64,000 nucleotides of DNA from Giardia intestinalis (lineage: Eukaryota): NCBI GenBank assembly GCA_000002435.2, contig CM018789.1. One strand, 5' to 3'. The position numbers and the translations under genes were made by a program. Below are positions 1-9,681 of this stretch, in pieces. Numbering within the stretch: the stretch's first letter is position 1; every line of letters starts with the position of its first letter. Below the pieces are notes generated by a model. That model searched no databases. It had not been told where the DNA came from and saw nothing but the letters and a program-made list of their open reading frames with translations.

Positions 1-430
1 CCAATAGCAAGTCGTGATCCTCCTTAGCCGTTCGCAGATCGGCCTGGTGCTTCTTTGACGTGTTTGCAAACGTTATCTTAATGACCTGGTCACTAACCGT
101 GGTGACCAGGTTATTGTTTGACCTGTCGTTCTTGTCTGAAGAGGTAGGAGTTATCTCAATGGTTAGAGCGTTCTTTTGCGGAGCTCCCGCATTATATGAT
201 TCAATGTCTATAAGGTCCATGTAAAGATTATGCTCAGGTGACTGCTGAGAGAAGAAGTAAATTGCTTTTCTTGTAAGAACAACACGAGGATTGTGGGCCT
301 GCTCGCGGTCGTAATAGACAGTCTTGCTATCACCGATGGTGATCGGGTTGTCTGTGGAAAAGACAATCGCCTCGTCCGAAGGAATAGAAGCGCCATTCCC
401 CTCCTCTTGCACTTTAAACAACGCGTGCAT
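1..430 (-). CDS. Partial CDS (N-terminal 143 aa; the rest lies beyond the window start): hypothetical protein with a PH/GRAM/GLUE-like N-terminal fold
   Basis: My own translation of the minus strand from the ATG at 430-428 is open to position 1 (MHALFKVQEEGNGASIPSDEAIVFSTDNPITIGDSKTVYYDREQAHNPRVVLTRKAIYFF...). The track does not list it because the window contains no stop. The ATG has an AT-rich context (ttaattaaaaaATG). The 'G..L.LTrkaIYF' pattern resembles GRAM/GLUE/PH-like domains. Confidence 0.45.
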   Translation of the reverse strand, partial: MHALFKVQEEGNGASIPSDEAIVFSTDNPITIGDSKTVYYDREQAHNPRVVLTRKAIYFFSQQSPEHNLYMDLIDIESYNAGAPQKNALTIEITPTSSDKNDRSNNNLVTTVSDQVIKITFANTSKKHQADLRTAKEDHDLLL

Positions 431-463
431 TTTTTAATTAGCCTAGGCGGTTGCAAAATCTGT
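431..463. promoter_or_regulatory. 33-bp AT-rich divergent promoter/initiator region shared by head-to-head genes
   Basis: Start codons at 430 (-) and 464 (+) are separated by tttttaattagcctaggcggttgcaaaatctgt, typical of short AT-rich diplomonad initiators. Confidence 0.5.
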
Positions 464-3400
464 ATGAGCTCCTTGAGCAATCGCCCATCGGCCTTCGGGC
501 GCACGAAGGAAAAACGGGCGGTAAACGACAGCCTCTCCATTTACTTGGAGGACCAGACGCACCCGACGCTCCTTGTTAACCCGCAGAAGAAGGTACAGAA
601 GGTCTCTACAAAGCGGGCAGACATCCCCTCTTACAGAGAAATTCAAACGTATAGGCCGCCAAATGCGCCGAGCCGTGCTTTATCCAAGCCCAAGAAGTCA
701 TCTTCTACCCAGAAGTCAAATAGTCCGGCCGCCATCTATTCTAAATCTGCATCTACAGGACGAAGAGGGCCATTTACACGGAGGGCCTCAGGAAGGAGAA
801 CTCAGAGTACCAATGGAAATAGATTAGTAATAGGAAGGAGCGACGATAACGGCTTTCAGAGGACAAGGTCCCCAGCTGCCCGTGCAAGTACATCACCGTA
901 TTACTTGCGTGACTCTGTAGATACTTTAGCAACGTCCCCAGGGATCGATGGGCCTTTCTCAGTGCAATCTGCTGCTGCCTTGATTCAGAATGATAAGAGT
1001 GAAATAGACATAGACCCCAACATTTTTGGATATCATGAGCCGAGACGCGCCAGCAGAAGCACACTCAGAAATGATACTAAAGCAATAAGAACCAATGGGT
1101 TATTCCACGTACCGTTGCCATCTCAGCAGCCGCCAAATCGAAGTAACTCCGGGTATGAGAGCACCCTCTCACATCGCATGTACTCTCCCATCGCGCCACA
1201 TCACCACTCAACTACTGACTCGAGCATGTCACGTTCTGGCTCTCAACTTGGGCATCATCCCAAGTCAACGATCAAGACAGACGATATTAGAGAGCGGGTT
1301 AGACTCCAGCAGAATGCAGCCCAGGCACTCCTACGTGACTATGTCTTTCTTGTGGGCTATAACCCGAAGTATCTTAGCAAGTCCATGTTGGCAGACGGCT
1401 ATCAAGAGGCAAGAGAGATAGGAGAGGGACATCTCCACGGAGAAGAGCTTATTAAGAAGGAGAAGAAACTCCTTGGAAATATCATTGGAGATATCGTGCA
1501 TTTACGTAGCGGCGGGCACTCTGGGACAGGGCCACACATGATCATGCCAAGCTTGCACGGAGATACATACACAACTATGAGCACTGCAGAACATCTTCCA
1601 CCTATAGACGAAGAGGATTTGCAAATAGACGATGTTATAGGCGTCAGTAAGGATGATAAGGGATTGCAAGGTGATGCCGCTAATATGGTGGACGCCTCTG
1701 TACTGACAGACATTGAGCGTATAAGCTGTGTTCACAATGAGATAGTCCATACGAAAGATGAATCAACACAAAACAATCCGGAAGGATCGGTCTCTCCTCA
1801 ACCGACACACCATAATTATAAAAGTCCAGGATTCCTTAAACCGTCTCACCCTAGCACGCTTCATATCAAGATAGACAGTCCTGATCATCTAGATGCTAGT
1901 GAAAGCCAGGGGCGTACTCAGATATCGGTCATAACAGAGCCAGAAGTGAGTGAGACGCTCTCACAAAATCCTACCCTGTTAATTAGACCAGTGACAGAGA
2001 ACAACGACCCATCAACAAAGGACCTGCATAATATTCTTGATAAGGCAGTGCACAATGACGCGCTTAAACAGGCACGAAGAGAGTCACGGTCGGCCAAACC
2101 TCCCACGACAGCGTCGTTATACACAAAAGATGACACTCCTGGTCGCACACATCGCGTGACAACTAGCGCTCGCACTCCAACGCGAGAGAGATGTGATTTT
2201 GCATATCACATTCCAGCTCTATCAGGTGTGCACTGCAGCAGGCCAGATCGCAGTGCGCCCAAGACACCCAATAGGCGTGTAAGCGATAATATCAACGCCT
2301 ACGTAATAGATAAGCGCCAGGAACCATTAGTGCATGAAATAAGTGACGGAAGCAGTGGTATTTCCGGCATTGACGGGGAGATAAACGGCGAGAAGGCCCA
2401 CGCATCCATAGAGACTTCAAACCAGCCCAGACGCAATATTTCCTCCGGCAATCGGCCTATCAGAGCCATGCAAACCAATAGTGCAATCAATACTCCCGTT
2501 GGAATGGTTAGAACTCATGGGCTGGAATCATCCCCTACGCCTCTTCATCAAAACTGCTCCTTATGCTATGAACCCCTTTGTGTCAAGCCCAATGCTAGGG
2601 ATAAAACGTCTAAATCGTCTACTGATAGGTTTAAAACCGTAAGAGATAGCGACTTAATGAACACTATTTGCACCACATGCTATCCTAAATTTCTTAATTC
2701 TGTCATACACTTGCCATTGAACGATAAAGAATGCAGTACCAACACCCATCTTCCTCCACATTTTGGCCACAGTTTTGGTGATTTAGAAGATTTTCCTGCG
2801 GATTTAATAACGACCTGCAGATTTAGTAATAGCACTCCAGGAGCTATTATAAATTTAGAAGCCTGTAAAGCATGCCCTCATTACAAGCAAACAATGGAAA
2901 ATCCACATTCAAAGGCTACGATGGAAAAATTGGCAGATACCCTTCGTTCAATAGAATTTCATACCAGACTAGATGATGGTAGCAGCATAGCATATTTTAA
3001 TACCAACGTTCCTAGCACAGAGAGTGATCCTTGTGCCCATGAGGCTTTTGGACGTGGAGCAGTTCCCACATATGACACAGATAATAAGGAAAAGCTTGTC
3101 ACAAATAATTTTGGTGCACTACAGATAGACGTCGTCGATGATCACACAGCCATGCATGACATTTCTGTGGCTATGCAGAACTGGGGCATCACTGGGACGG
3201 TGGACAGTTCGTGTAACAGACCACGCACAGATTTAAGATATGCGTGTCCCTTTTTAACTGTTTCCAATATATTTAGTTTTCGCATGACTCACAAAGAGCC
3301 GCATGAACCACCTAAGCCTTATTCCATGGTCAGTTCGTGTCCAGAAAACGTGCTAATAGTCACTCCCATTGAATGGCCACCTGGAGAAGGGTCTCCGGAA

Positions 3401-3871
3401 CCGGAATTACCTAGCGTAGCTCTCCCTCAGACGAATCCTAATTGTTCTTCTGACAAAAGTACAATAGACTTTGGGATGGGTACTTCTCACAGTGCCTATC
3501 CAAATAAGTCCACGCGGAAGTCTCAAAAGATCCATACAAATGTAATAGATGTTACACATACCTATGACTACAACGTTATCAGGAACCCCGGAACGGCTCT
3601 TACTCAAGACGAGCAGACTGAAGTGGTTTTGAACTGTGTTTCTGAGGCCGTGCAGACAGCAAAGATAGATCAATTGTTAGGTGGTCTGTCTGAGCATAGC
3701 CTGGTGGACAAAATAAATAGTAAGGATATTAAGAAGCGAGTGAAAAAGTATCTAGACTTGTTAGACTTAAAGGTACCCGTCTGCACAAGCAAGGACCCTA
3801 CTAGATGCCTTTGCCGCATATGTGTCACCACTAAGGAAACGGTGAGGGAAGTCAAGATAAAGCATAAATAA
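464..3871 (+). CDS. Large hypothetical protein, Ser/Thr/Pro-rich low-complexity N-half with CxxC...CxxC clusters (about 1135 aa)
   Basis: The track ORF 293-3871 opens on GTG. The first ATG at 464 (MSSLSNRPS...) follows an AT-rich tttttaatta element. About 3.4 kb is open in a 49% GC background. CSLCYEPLC...CTTCYP, CKACPH and CLCRIC motifs suggest zinc-binding modules. I recognise no confident homolog. Confidence 0.6.
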   Translation: MSSLSNRPSAFGRTKEKRAVNDSLSIYLEDQTHPTLLVNPQKKVQKVSTKRADIPSYREIQTYRPPNAPSRALSKPKKSSSTQKSNSPAAIYSKSASTGRRGPFTRRASGRRTQSTNGNRLVIGRSDDNGFQRTRSPAARASTSPYYLRDSVDTLATSPGIDGPFSVQSAAALIQNDKSEIDIDPNIFGYHEPRRASRSTLRNDTKAIRTNGLFHVPLPSQQPPNRSNSGYESTLSHRMYSPIAPHHHSTTDSSMSRSGSQLGHHPKSTIKTDDIRERVRLQQNAAQALLRDYVFLVGYNPKYLSKSMLADGYQEAREIGEGHLHGEELIKKEKKLLGNIIGDIVHLRSGGHSGTGPHMIMPSLHGDTYTTMSTAEHLPPIDEEDLQIDDVIGVSKDDKGLQGDAANMVDASVLTDIERISCVHNEIVHTKDESTQNNPEGSVSPQPTHHNYKSPGFLKPSHPSTLHIKIDSPDHLDASESQGRTQISVITEPEVSETLSQNPTLLIRPVTENNDPSTKDLHNILDKAVHNDALKQARRESRSAKPPTTASLYTKDDTPGRTHRVTTSARTPTRERCDFAYHIPALSGVHCSRPDRSAPKTPNRRVSDNINAYVIDKRQEPLVHEISDGSSGISGIDGEINGEKAHASIETSNQPRRNISSGNRPIRAMQTNSAINTPVGMVRTHGLESSPTPLHQNCSLCYEPLCVKPNARDKTSKSSTDRFKTVRDSDLMNTICTTCYPKFLNSVIHLPLNDKECSTNTHLPPHFGHSFGDLEDFPADLITTCRFSNSTPGAIINLEACKACPHYKQTMENPHSKATMEKLADTLRSIEFHTRLDDGSSIAYFNTNVPSTESDPCAHEAFGRGAVPTYDTDNKEKLVTNNFGALQIDVVDDHTAMHDISVAMQNWGITGTVDSSCNRPRTDLRYACPFLTVSNIFSFRMTHKEPHEPPKPYSMVSSCPENVLIVTPIEWPPGEGSPEPELPSVALPQTNPNCSSDKSTIDFGMGTSHSAYPNKSTRKSQKIHTNVIDVTHTYDYNVIRNPGTALTQDEQTEVVLNCVSEAVQTAKIDQLLGGLSEHSLVDKINSKDIKKRVKKYLDLLDLKVPVCTSKDPTRCLCRICVTTKETVREVKIKHK

Positions 3872-4067
3872 TCAGATTGTTTAGTCTGTTCTTAGCGCAC
3901 CTGTGATAAAGTGTGTTAAATTATTTACTGTAGAAAGTGCCTAATGCTATTCTTTTGATAGTGGATACATTCAGTAATGCGATGCTGGCTATAAAGTCAT
4001 TTTTTAGATCTTTCTTCTGCCTTCTTCAGTTATCATTTTTACAGGAGCATTGTTTTTTTGAGCTTTA

Positions 4068-4610
4068 ATGACCATGTCCGTCGCTGACGCTCACGCCCTC
4101 ATTAAGACCATCCCCGATTTCCCAACGAAGGGTATCGCGTTCAAAGACCTCAGCGACATTCTTTCCACTCCAGCTGCTCTTGATGCGGTAAGGAAAGAGG
4201 TGACGGCGCACTACAAGGACGTTCCGATCACGAAAGTCGTTGGAATCGAGTCTCGAGGCTTTATCCTTGGGGGGATTGTTGCAAACTCCCTTGGCGTCGG
4301 GTTTGTAGCTCTGCGAAAGGCGGGCAAGCTCCCTGGAGATGTCTGTAAGTGCACCTTTGATATGGAGTATCAGAAGGGGGTGACCATTGAGGTCCAGAAG
4401 CGTCAGCTTGGCCCACATGATGTCGTGCTCCTTCACGACGATGTGCTTGCAACCGGCGGGACGCTTCTCGCCGCCATCGAGCTTTGCGAGACTGCAGGAG
4501 TGAAGCCTGAGAACATTTACATCAACGTTCTCTATGAAATCGAGGCCCTTAAGGGTCGTGAAAAGGTGGGGCAGAAGTGCACCCGTCTCTTCTCTGTCAT
4601 CAGAGAGTAA
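4068..4610 (+). CDS. APRT: Adenine phosphoribosyltransferase (purine salvage)
   Basis: 180-aa ORF with the PRTase PRPP-binding motif VVLLHDDVLATGGT and a full-length APRT fold (IPDFPTKGIAFKD...). It matches the well-characterised Giardia APRT in my memory. Confidence 0.92.
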   Translation: MTMSVADAHALIKTIPDFPTKGIAFKDLSDILSTPAALDAVRKEVTAHYKDVPITKVVGIESRGFILGGIVANSLGVGFVALRKAGKLPGDVCKCTFDMEYQKGVTIEVQKRQLGPHDVVLLHDDVLATGGTLLAAIELCETAGVKPENIYINVLYEIEALKGREKVGQKCTRLFSVIRE

Positions 4611-4616
4611 ACGGGC

Positions 4617-6467
4617 CTAGAGTACTGAGGCAAAGTCTAGGATATTGATGACCAGGGACTCTGTGCATATCCCGATAGCGACAATCAAAATAGAATAGAA
4701 GATGCCTCGCCGAAAGGGGGTCATCTTCATTAGCAGACGTTGGCGGGTCTCTTCCGTCTGCTTGGACAGCTCCAGTTCTACTTGATCATCTATAGGTGCC
4801 ATGCACTCAATTGGTTGAAGCAGCTCGTTGCGCTTCAGCACAGATACCGGCGCCAGGAGTGGGACAGTGTCACTCTCCTCGGTGGTTCCGTCACAGGACG
4901 TCTGTTGATGCGTAGCAGAGACAAAGTGGAGCGAGTACTCTTTGTGCCGATGATAGCTTGATGATGAGGCATGAAGTCCCGCAGTATGTACAAAGCTCGG
5001 GGCTCGACTTCGGGACCCAGCCTTTTGTTGAGGCGGGGCTACCTCACAGTGTTGCACCCCAAGGAAGGCCGTTGTGGTCACATCTCGAATGTCGTCAACG
5101 TCTGTTTGCGGTTGTAACAGGATGTTTAGTCGGTCAATAATCGGAGACCGAGCCTTAAGCTTGGGGAGCTTGTGCCACAAAAGGATAGGAACAACAAAGT
5201 ATATGAGGACCCCGCATATAGATCCGAAAAGCCCAAATATGGAGGCTATATTATCGTAGAGTGCAGCCAGAGCAAATGCTAAAAGTGCAAATGCAACAGA
5301 AAAGCCAGCATAAGCCAGGTAATTCAAGAACTTGCGTTTTGGATTCAGCTGGCAATATGCGATAAGGGAGACTTTGAGGGGGTATTGAATGAGAGGATAC
5401 GCAATGCAGACCATAAGGCCGTATGCAATCCCGACAATAGTCAAATAAATATCCTTTCCGCAAACCTTAAACGAGTAGAGGATGTTGGTGGAGACGTCGT
5501 GTCCGTAGAGTAGAGCGCCAAAGCAGCCCATCAACATGTACATTAAAAAGCAGAAAGCGTAGGCGTAATAAATGGATCTGCGGATAGAGCGTAGCCGCTG
5601 ATCATTGGACCCATGAAGTTCGTAGAGGATTGGTGGAGCGCCCGCATGAATGCTGAAGCTCCCCATCAGCATAGGAATGTAAGATATGCCAAAGATGGCT
5701 CCCATAACCGGTGCAGAGATGTGTGCTGACCCCACCAGCTGTTCCCTAGGCCATAGTGGCGGCTGTGGACGTACTCCTGGTACATACTCAATATTCTGAA
5801 ATAGGCAGATTTGGCCATGTCGCAAAAACGAAGCAATGTAGTACAAAATAACAGAGAAGACTGTTAGTATAATGAGCCCTAGCCCAGCAGATGCTATTGT
5901 CCCTAGGACTTTGACATTTCTTAATAGTGAAAGAGGAAACATGACCCCAAAGGTAAGTCCTGCCTTCAGTACCAAATAAGGATCAAATGAAAGGCCTTCT
6001 AAAGAAGATGGAAAGAATGTTGTTAGGAGTGTATGAAAGCTTTGCGCAGAGATGATAATGTAAGAGACTAAGAAGCCATAGTTGTTCAAAATCAGAGCTG
6101 CATCAATACATACTGCAAGCCGAGGTCCAAGGACCTTCCGCGTCACTTGCTTGAAGGTTTGCGCATTGGTATAGTAGCAGGCATTGACAACCTGGAGCAT
6201 CAAGACAAGTGCAATGATAAGGACAAGGGTTATTACAATTGTCGACAAAACCAGGCCTAGACGGACAGAGACATATGGAATAGACAGAAGTGAACCACCA
6301 ATCATCTGAGTAATAAATGTGAAACCGTTGGTACGGACTGCGCGCCGCGGAGCCTCAACCGCTGGAAGCTCTATGGCAGGAATATCATCAGAGGGATACC
6401 CATCATCCAAAACTGTATCTGTAGTACAGGACACAGTACCTTGGTTGAGGCCCTCCGAGCCAATCAT
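4617..6467 (-). CDS. Amino acid transporter, Aa_trans (SLC38/AVT-like) family, multi-pass membrane protein
   Basis: 616-aa ORF with about 11 hydrophobic segments and Aa_trans-like N-terminal signatures (FTFITQMIGGSLLSIPY...). The start is a real ATG at 6467 after ttaattaaccgattaaa. Confidence 0.8.
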   Translation of the reverse strand: MIGSEGLNQGTVSCTTDTVLDDGYPSDDIPAIELPAVEAPRRAVRTNGFTFITQMIGGSLLSIPYVSVRLGLVLSTIVITLVLIIALVLMLQVVNACYYTNAQTFKQVTRKVLGPRLAVCIDAALILNNYGFLVSYIIISAQSFHTLLTTFFPSSLEGLSFDPYLVLKAGLTFGVMFPLSLLRNVKVLGTIASAGLGLIILTVFSVILYYIASFLRHGQICLFQNIEYVPGVRPQPPLWPREQLVGSAHISAPVMGAIFGISYIPMLMGSFSIHAGAPPILYELHGSNDQRLRSIRRSIYYAYAFCFLMYMLMGCFGALLYGHDVSTNILYSFKVCGKDIYLTIVGIAYGLMVCIAYPLIQYPLKVSLIAYCQLNPKRKFLNYLAYAGFSVAFALLAFALAALYDNIASIFGLFGSICGVLIYFVVPILLWHKLPKLKARSPIIDRLNILLQPQTDVDDIRDVTTTAFLGVQHCEVAPPQQKAGSRSRAPSFVHTAGLHASSSSYHRHKEYSLHFVSATHQQTSCDGTTEESDTVPLLAPVSVLKRNELLQPIECMAPIDDQVELELSKQTEETRQRLLMKMTPFRRGIFYSILIVAIGICTESLVINILDFASVL

Positions 6468-6494
6468 TTTAATCGGTTAATTATTTACCTCACC

Positions 6495-8066
6495 CTATTC
6501 AAAGACAGCACTCCCCAAAAGCTCTTTGTACCAGTCGTCACTGAAAACGCGGCAGTTCTCCCCAACACAAAGGAGCTGTTCGCGTTTGAGAAGCTCGGCA
6601 CAATCCCTATGACCCAGATGGTCTGCCAGATCACAAGCACGCATAGAGCTCTTTGTCATTATACCCATCTCCAGTCGCAGCAGGCTAACACACTCTACAT
6701 GATTCTCACGCACAGCATACATGAGGGCTGTCCATCCCTTCATTGAAACAACCCCTGCCTCCCTTATGAGCTTCCTCACACATTCAGCGTGACCCATGGA
6801 AGCCGCGATCATTAGGGCAGTCATGCCGTGCATCCCATATACGCAATTAGCTTCGGCGTCCAAGTATTCGTCTATATATGCGGGCTTATTCAAAAGGGCT
6901 ATCTTCATGAGATTGGTATAAGTAGACACACGCCTAATGTGAGGTCGTGGTCCTAGTTGCAAACATGCCCCTACCGTATCCAGGTATTTCACGAGGATTT
7001 CAATATATTCCATATTGCCCTTTTGGATTGCAAGATCCAGAGCAGAGTGGTTACACACATCTCGCTCTGTCAGAAGCTCACTAAGGTGTTCATGAATTCC
7101 GTCTATCATGTCTGCATTGATGGATGAAATCAAGGTAGGAGACTCGGCCAAAGAAGGCGAGCTCGATGCTATTTCCTCGGTTGTTTTCTCAATAAAAAGA
7201 AGTGCGTCTGCAGACGATATCCGAACAGGAGCGTTAATATTCAAACACTGCTCAATAAAGCTCCGTAATCTATCTGTAAAGTCTTTCTCTCCCGAGAAGG
7301 ATAAATGAGCCAATAAATGGTTATCTACTGATACCTTTTCAGGTCTACCCCTCAGTAAGGCTAGTGCAATGATGCCTAGAGCCCATGTATCTCCTTTGGG
7401 ATTGAAATCTTTCCCCAGCGCGGCCTCTGGAGCCAGAAAAGCAGATGTGGAGAGAATGGTTTGTTGGTCACGCAGCTGATCAATAAAGGAATTCATGCCA
7501 TAGTCAAGCAGTACCGCATTGCCGTCACAAAACCCCACATTTTCTAACTTTAGATCCCCGTGGATATAACCATTGAATGGAGCTCTCTTTCTCGCAGCAT
7601 TGGGAGAGGGTAGCTCGGTAGTCCGTACCTTCGAATGTAAATACAGTAATCCCCTGCAAATGTCATAGAGAACTTTCCAAACCTCTCCCTCGGTGAACGA
7701 GGTCCCCGCTCTTCGGTGATCACTGAGTTTGCTTAGCAGCGTGCTTTCACAACGAGGCGTTTCAATGTAGAAGGCTCGGATGTCAGGATTGTATTCATAA
7801 TGATTAATCGCAATAAGATTGGGGGCTGAGAGCTTTGCAAGCTCTTCAAGCTCTTTCTTCAGCAAACCTATTTTGGCGTCCGTGCAGAAGTGGACGTCGA
7901 TCTCCTTTATGCACACAGACACTCCATCTCTTTTTCTGATGGCTGTGCTTACCGTTCCAAATGTTCCTGTGCCCAGGTACTGTATTTGCTCATAGCTACT
8001 TGCTAGTAACGCTGGAAAGACCTCAGGTGCATAGTCAATGGCGGCGTTCGTGCTAGAATTTGGCAT
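6495..8066 (-). CDS. NEK-like Ser/Thr protein kinase with C-terminal ankyrin repeats
   Basis: Kinase subdomains are present: G-loop LGTGTFGTV, VCIK lysine, catalytic loop HGDLKLENV, DYG, APE. They are followed by ankyrin repeats (TALMIAASMGHAECVRKL..., GWTALMYAVRENHVECV...). The track start at 8210 is non-ATG. The first ATG is at 8066 (MPNSSTNAA) after ctctttaaaa. Confidence 0.8.
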   Translation of the reverse strand: MPNSSTNAAIDYAPEVFPALLASSYEQIQYLGTGTFGTVSTAIRKRDGVSVCIKEIDVHFCTDAKIGLLKKELEELAKLSAPNLIAINHYEYNPDIRAFYIETPRCESTLLSKLSDHRRAGTSFTEGEVWKVLYDICRGLLYLHSKVRTTELPSPNAARKRAPFNGYIHGDLKLENVGFCDGNAVLLDYGMNSFIDQLRDQQTILSTSAFLAPEAALGKDFNPKGDTWALGIIALALLRGRPEKVSVDNHLLAHLSFSGEKDFTDRLRSFIEQCLNINAPVRISSADALLFIEKTTEEIASSSPSLAESPTLISSINADMIDGIHEHLSELLTERDVCNHSALDLAIQKGNMEYIEILVKYLDTVGACLQLGPRPHIRRVSTYTNLMKIALLNKPAYIDEYLDAEANCVYGMHGMTALMIAASMGHAECVRKLIREAGVVSMKGWTALMYAVRENHVECVSLLRLEMGIMTKSSMRACDLADHLGHRDCAELLKREQLLCVGENCRVFSDDWYKELLGSAVFE

Positions 8067-8095
8067 TTTTAAAGAGAGGTTTTTTGAAGAATACA
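8067..8095. promoter_or_regulatory. 29-bp divergent AT-rich promoter between NEK kinase (-) and RPC5-like gene (+)
   Basis: ATG at 8066 (minus strand) and ATG at 8096 (plus strand). The spacer is tttaaagagaggttttttgaagaatacaa. Confidence 0.5.
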
Positions 8096-9634
8096 ATGGA
8101 CTTAACGGAGAAGGACGATTGTCCAGAAGGCACCGACTCAATAGTTGAGGAGCTGGACGTCTTTCTCTCCCAGGAGTATGCCAATAATCTTTATATTCTG
8201 CAGTATCCACTACGGCCCACGTGGAGGCTCTATAACTGGAGCAGCATGAGTAGCGTCACATTCCATCCGTCCATTAATCACGTAGAGATGCAGCTACCCT
8301 TACAGTCTGGTCAAGACGACGCTCCAGACTATTCTAGTATAGATGAACTGGAGGGCAAAGACGCCTATCTGACCCTTAGTGGCGTGCCAGTGAATGAGCA
8401 CGGGCCCTATGCTGTAGGGGCCATCCAGACATACGAAGGTGCGAGAATTCTGGTGCTCCACCCGGTGGTAGCACACCTAATGGTTGCTGCTCACCAGAAA
8501 TCGCTGGACGAACCATCGGATATGCACCCACCTCAACCTAATTCTGGAGATGAAATGATGAATCCGAGGGCCATAAATGATGTGGGAACTCTTTCATACA
8601 CACAGGGTGTCACGCTGCGGCACTTTGACCAGACGAGCATCTCATCCAGGGAGCTATTTGCAAAGCTTCATGACACTGAGCATCTGTATATCCAAAACTC
8701 TAATCACTCTATCACAAACCCAGTTTACAGTAAAGCTCCCCGTTTGGTCTCCTACACCGTCGATAGAAATAAATACATCAACTCATTCTCAATTGTAGAA
8801 ATTCAGGAGCGGGAACGAGCAATCCAGTTGGTAGATAAGCTCAAGACCATCCTCGACCCTAAGAGGCGCATGGACTACTGCATCCGCGAATTTCGTATTG
8901 TCAGCTTCAAGAGCCTGCGTCAGGTTGCCCAGATACCGGGAAGAGAACCTCCTTCTCATGAGCTTATCTATAACACATTAGTCTCTAGGACTGTTTTTAT
9001 CCACGGCTGGTTTGCAATCAAAAGCGAATTTGTGGTCACAGGCTCTCTCGTACCGTTTCTTGACTACTTGCTGTTACTTCTAGGGCTCAATACAACGGGT
9101 CTATCTGATGAAAACTCCCTTTTACATGTGATCATGCAACTAAAGAAGACGATTTCTGACATGCAAGAGCAGAACAAAGCATACCTGGGCCTTTTAAGCA
9201 GCATAGAGAAGCAGCAGGAACAGATTGGACGCCAGGTTCTCCAAGCATGTATGAAAGATGAAGTCAAGATGTGTAAGATTTCCCGGAAGGCATTTACTAA
9301 AGAGACAGGCCTCCCAGCGAACAATATCCTCCTTATGTTTCGAGAGACAGGACTCTTGATCCCTGACAAGGAAAGCTCCGACAACGATACATGGACGTTC
9401 AAGAAGGAGAAGCAAAAGGATTTGGGCGATCTCCCTGTTTCTGATGCAGAGCGCGAGGTTGCCAAATGGATTGATGCTACCCCTACGATTATCAATGCAA
9501 TGAACTGTGCACGAAAAATGAATAAGCTGCGAAAAATGCAAGATCAGGGGCTCGTGCGGGACACGTTGACAGATGTGAGCGAGCTTCCCAAGGATGTACT
9601 GGAGCAGCTTTACCAGAAGTACCACATAGAATAA
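8096..9634 (+). CDS. RNA polymerase III subunit RPC5 (C37/POLR3E, 'Sin-like')-like protein
   Basis: The N-terminus DSIVEELDVFLSQEYANNLYILQYPLRP aligns to the POLR3E N-terminal motif (...VQEIDVYLAKSLAEKLYLFQYPVRP). The track start is TTG at 8060. The first ATG at 8096 gives MDLTEKDD. Confidence 0.6.
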   Translation: MDLTEKDDCPEGTDSIVEELDVFLSQEYANNLYILQYPLRPTWRLYNWSSMSSVTFHPSINHVEMQLPLQSGQDDAPDYSSIDELEGKDAYLTLSGVPVNEHGPYAVGAIQTYEGARILVLHPVVAHLMVAAHQKSLDEPSDMHPPQPNSGDEMMNPRAINDVGTLSYTQGVTLRHFDQTSISSRELFAKLHDTEHLYIQNSNHSITNPVYSKAPRLVSYTVDRNKYINSFSIVEIQERERAIQLVDKLKTILDPKRRMDYCIREFRIVSFKSLRQVAQIPGREPPSHELIYNTLVSRTVFIHGWFAIKSEFVVTGSLVPFLDYLLLLLGLNTTGLSDENSLLHVIMQLKKTISDMQEQNKAYLGLLSSIEKQQEQIGRQVLQACMKDEVKMCKISRKAFTKETGLPANNILLMFRETGLLIPDKESSDNDTWTFKKEKQKDLGDLPVSDAEREVAKWIDATPTIINAMNCARKMNKLRKMQDQGLVRDTLTDVSELPKDVLEQLYQKYHIE

Positions 9635-9681
9635 GCTTAGCTGTTTGTAAATTCTTGAATGAAACAATGGAAATTTAAAAT

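Noticed and set aside
208-540. 110-aa minus-strand ORF overlapping the first promoter region
   Set aside because: It is in a different frame from the well-formed minus-strand ORF that starts at ATG 430. It spans the divergent promoter and the start of the plus-strand gene, so it is spurious.
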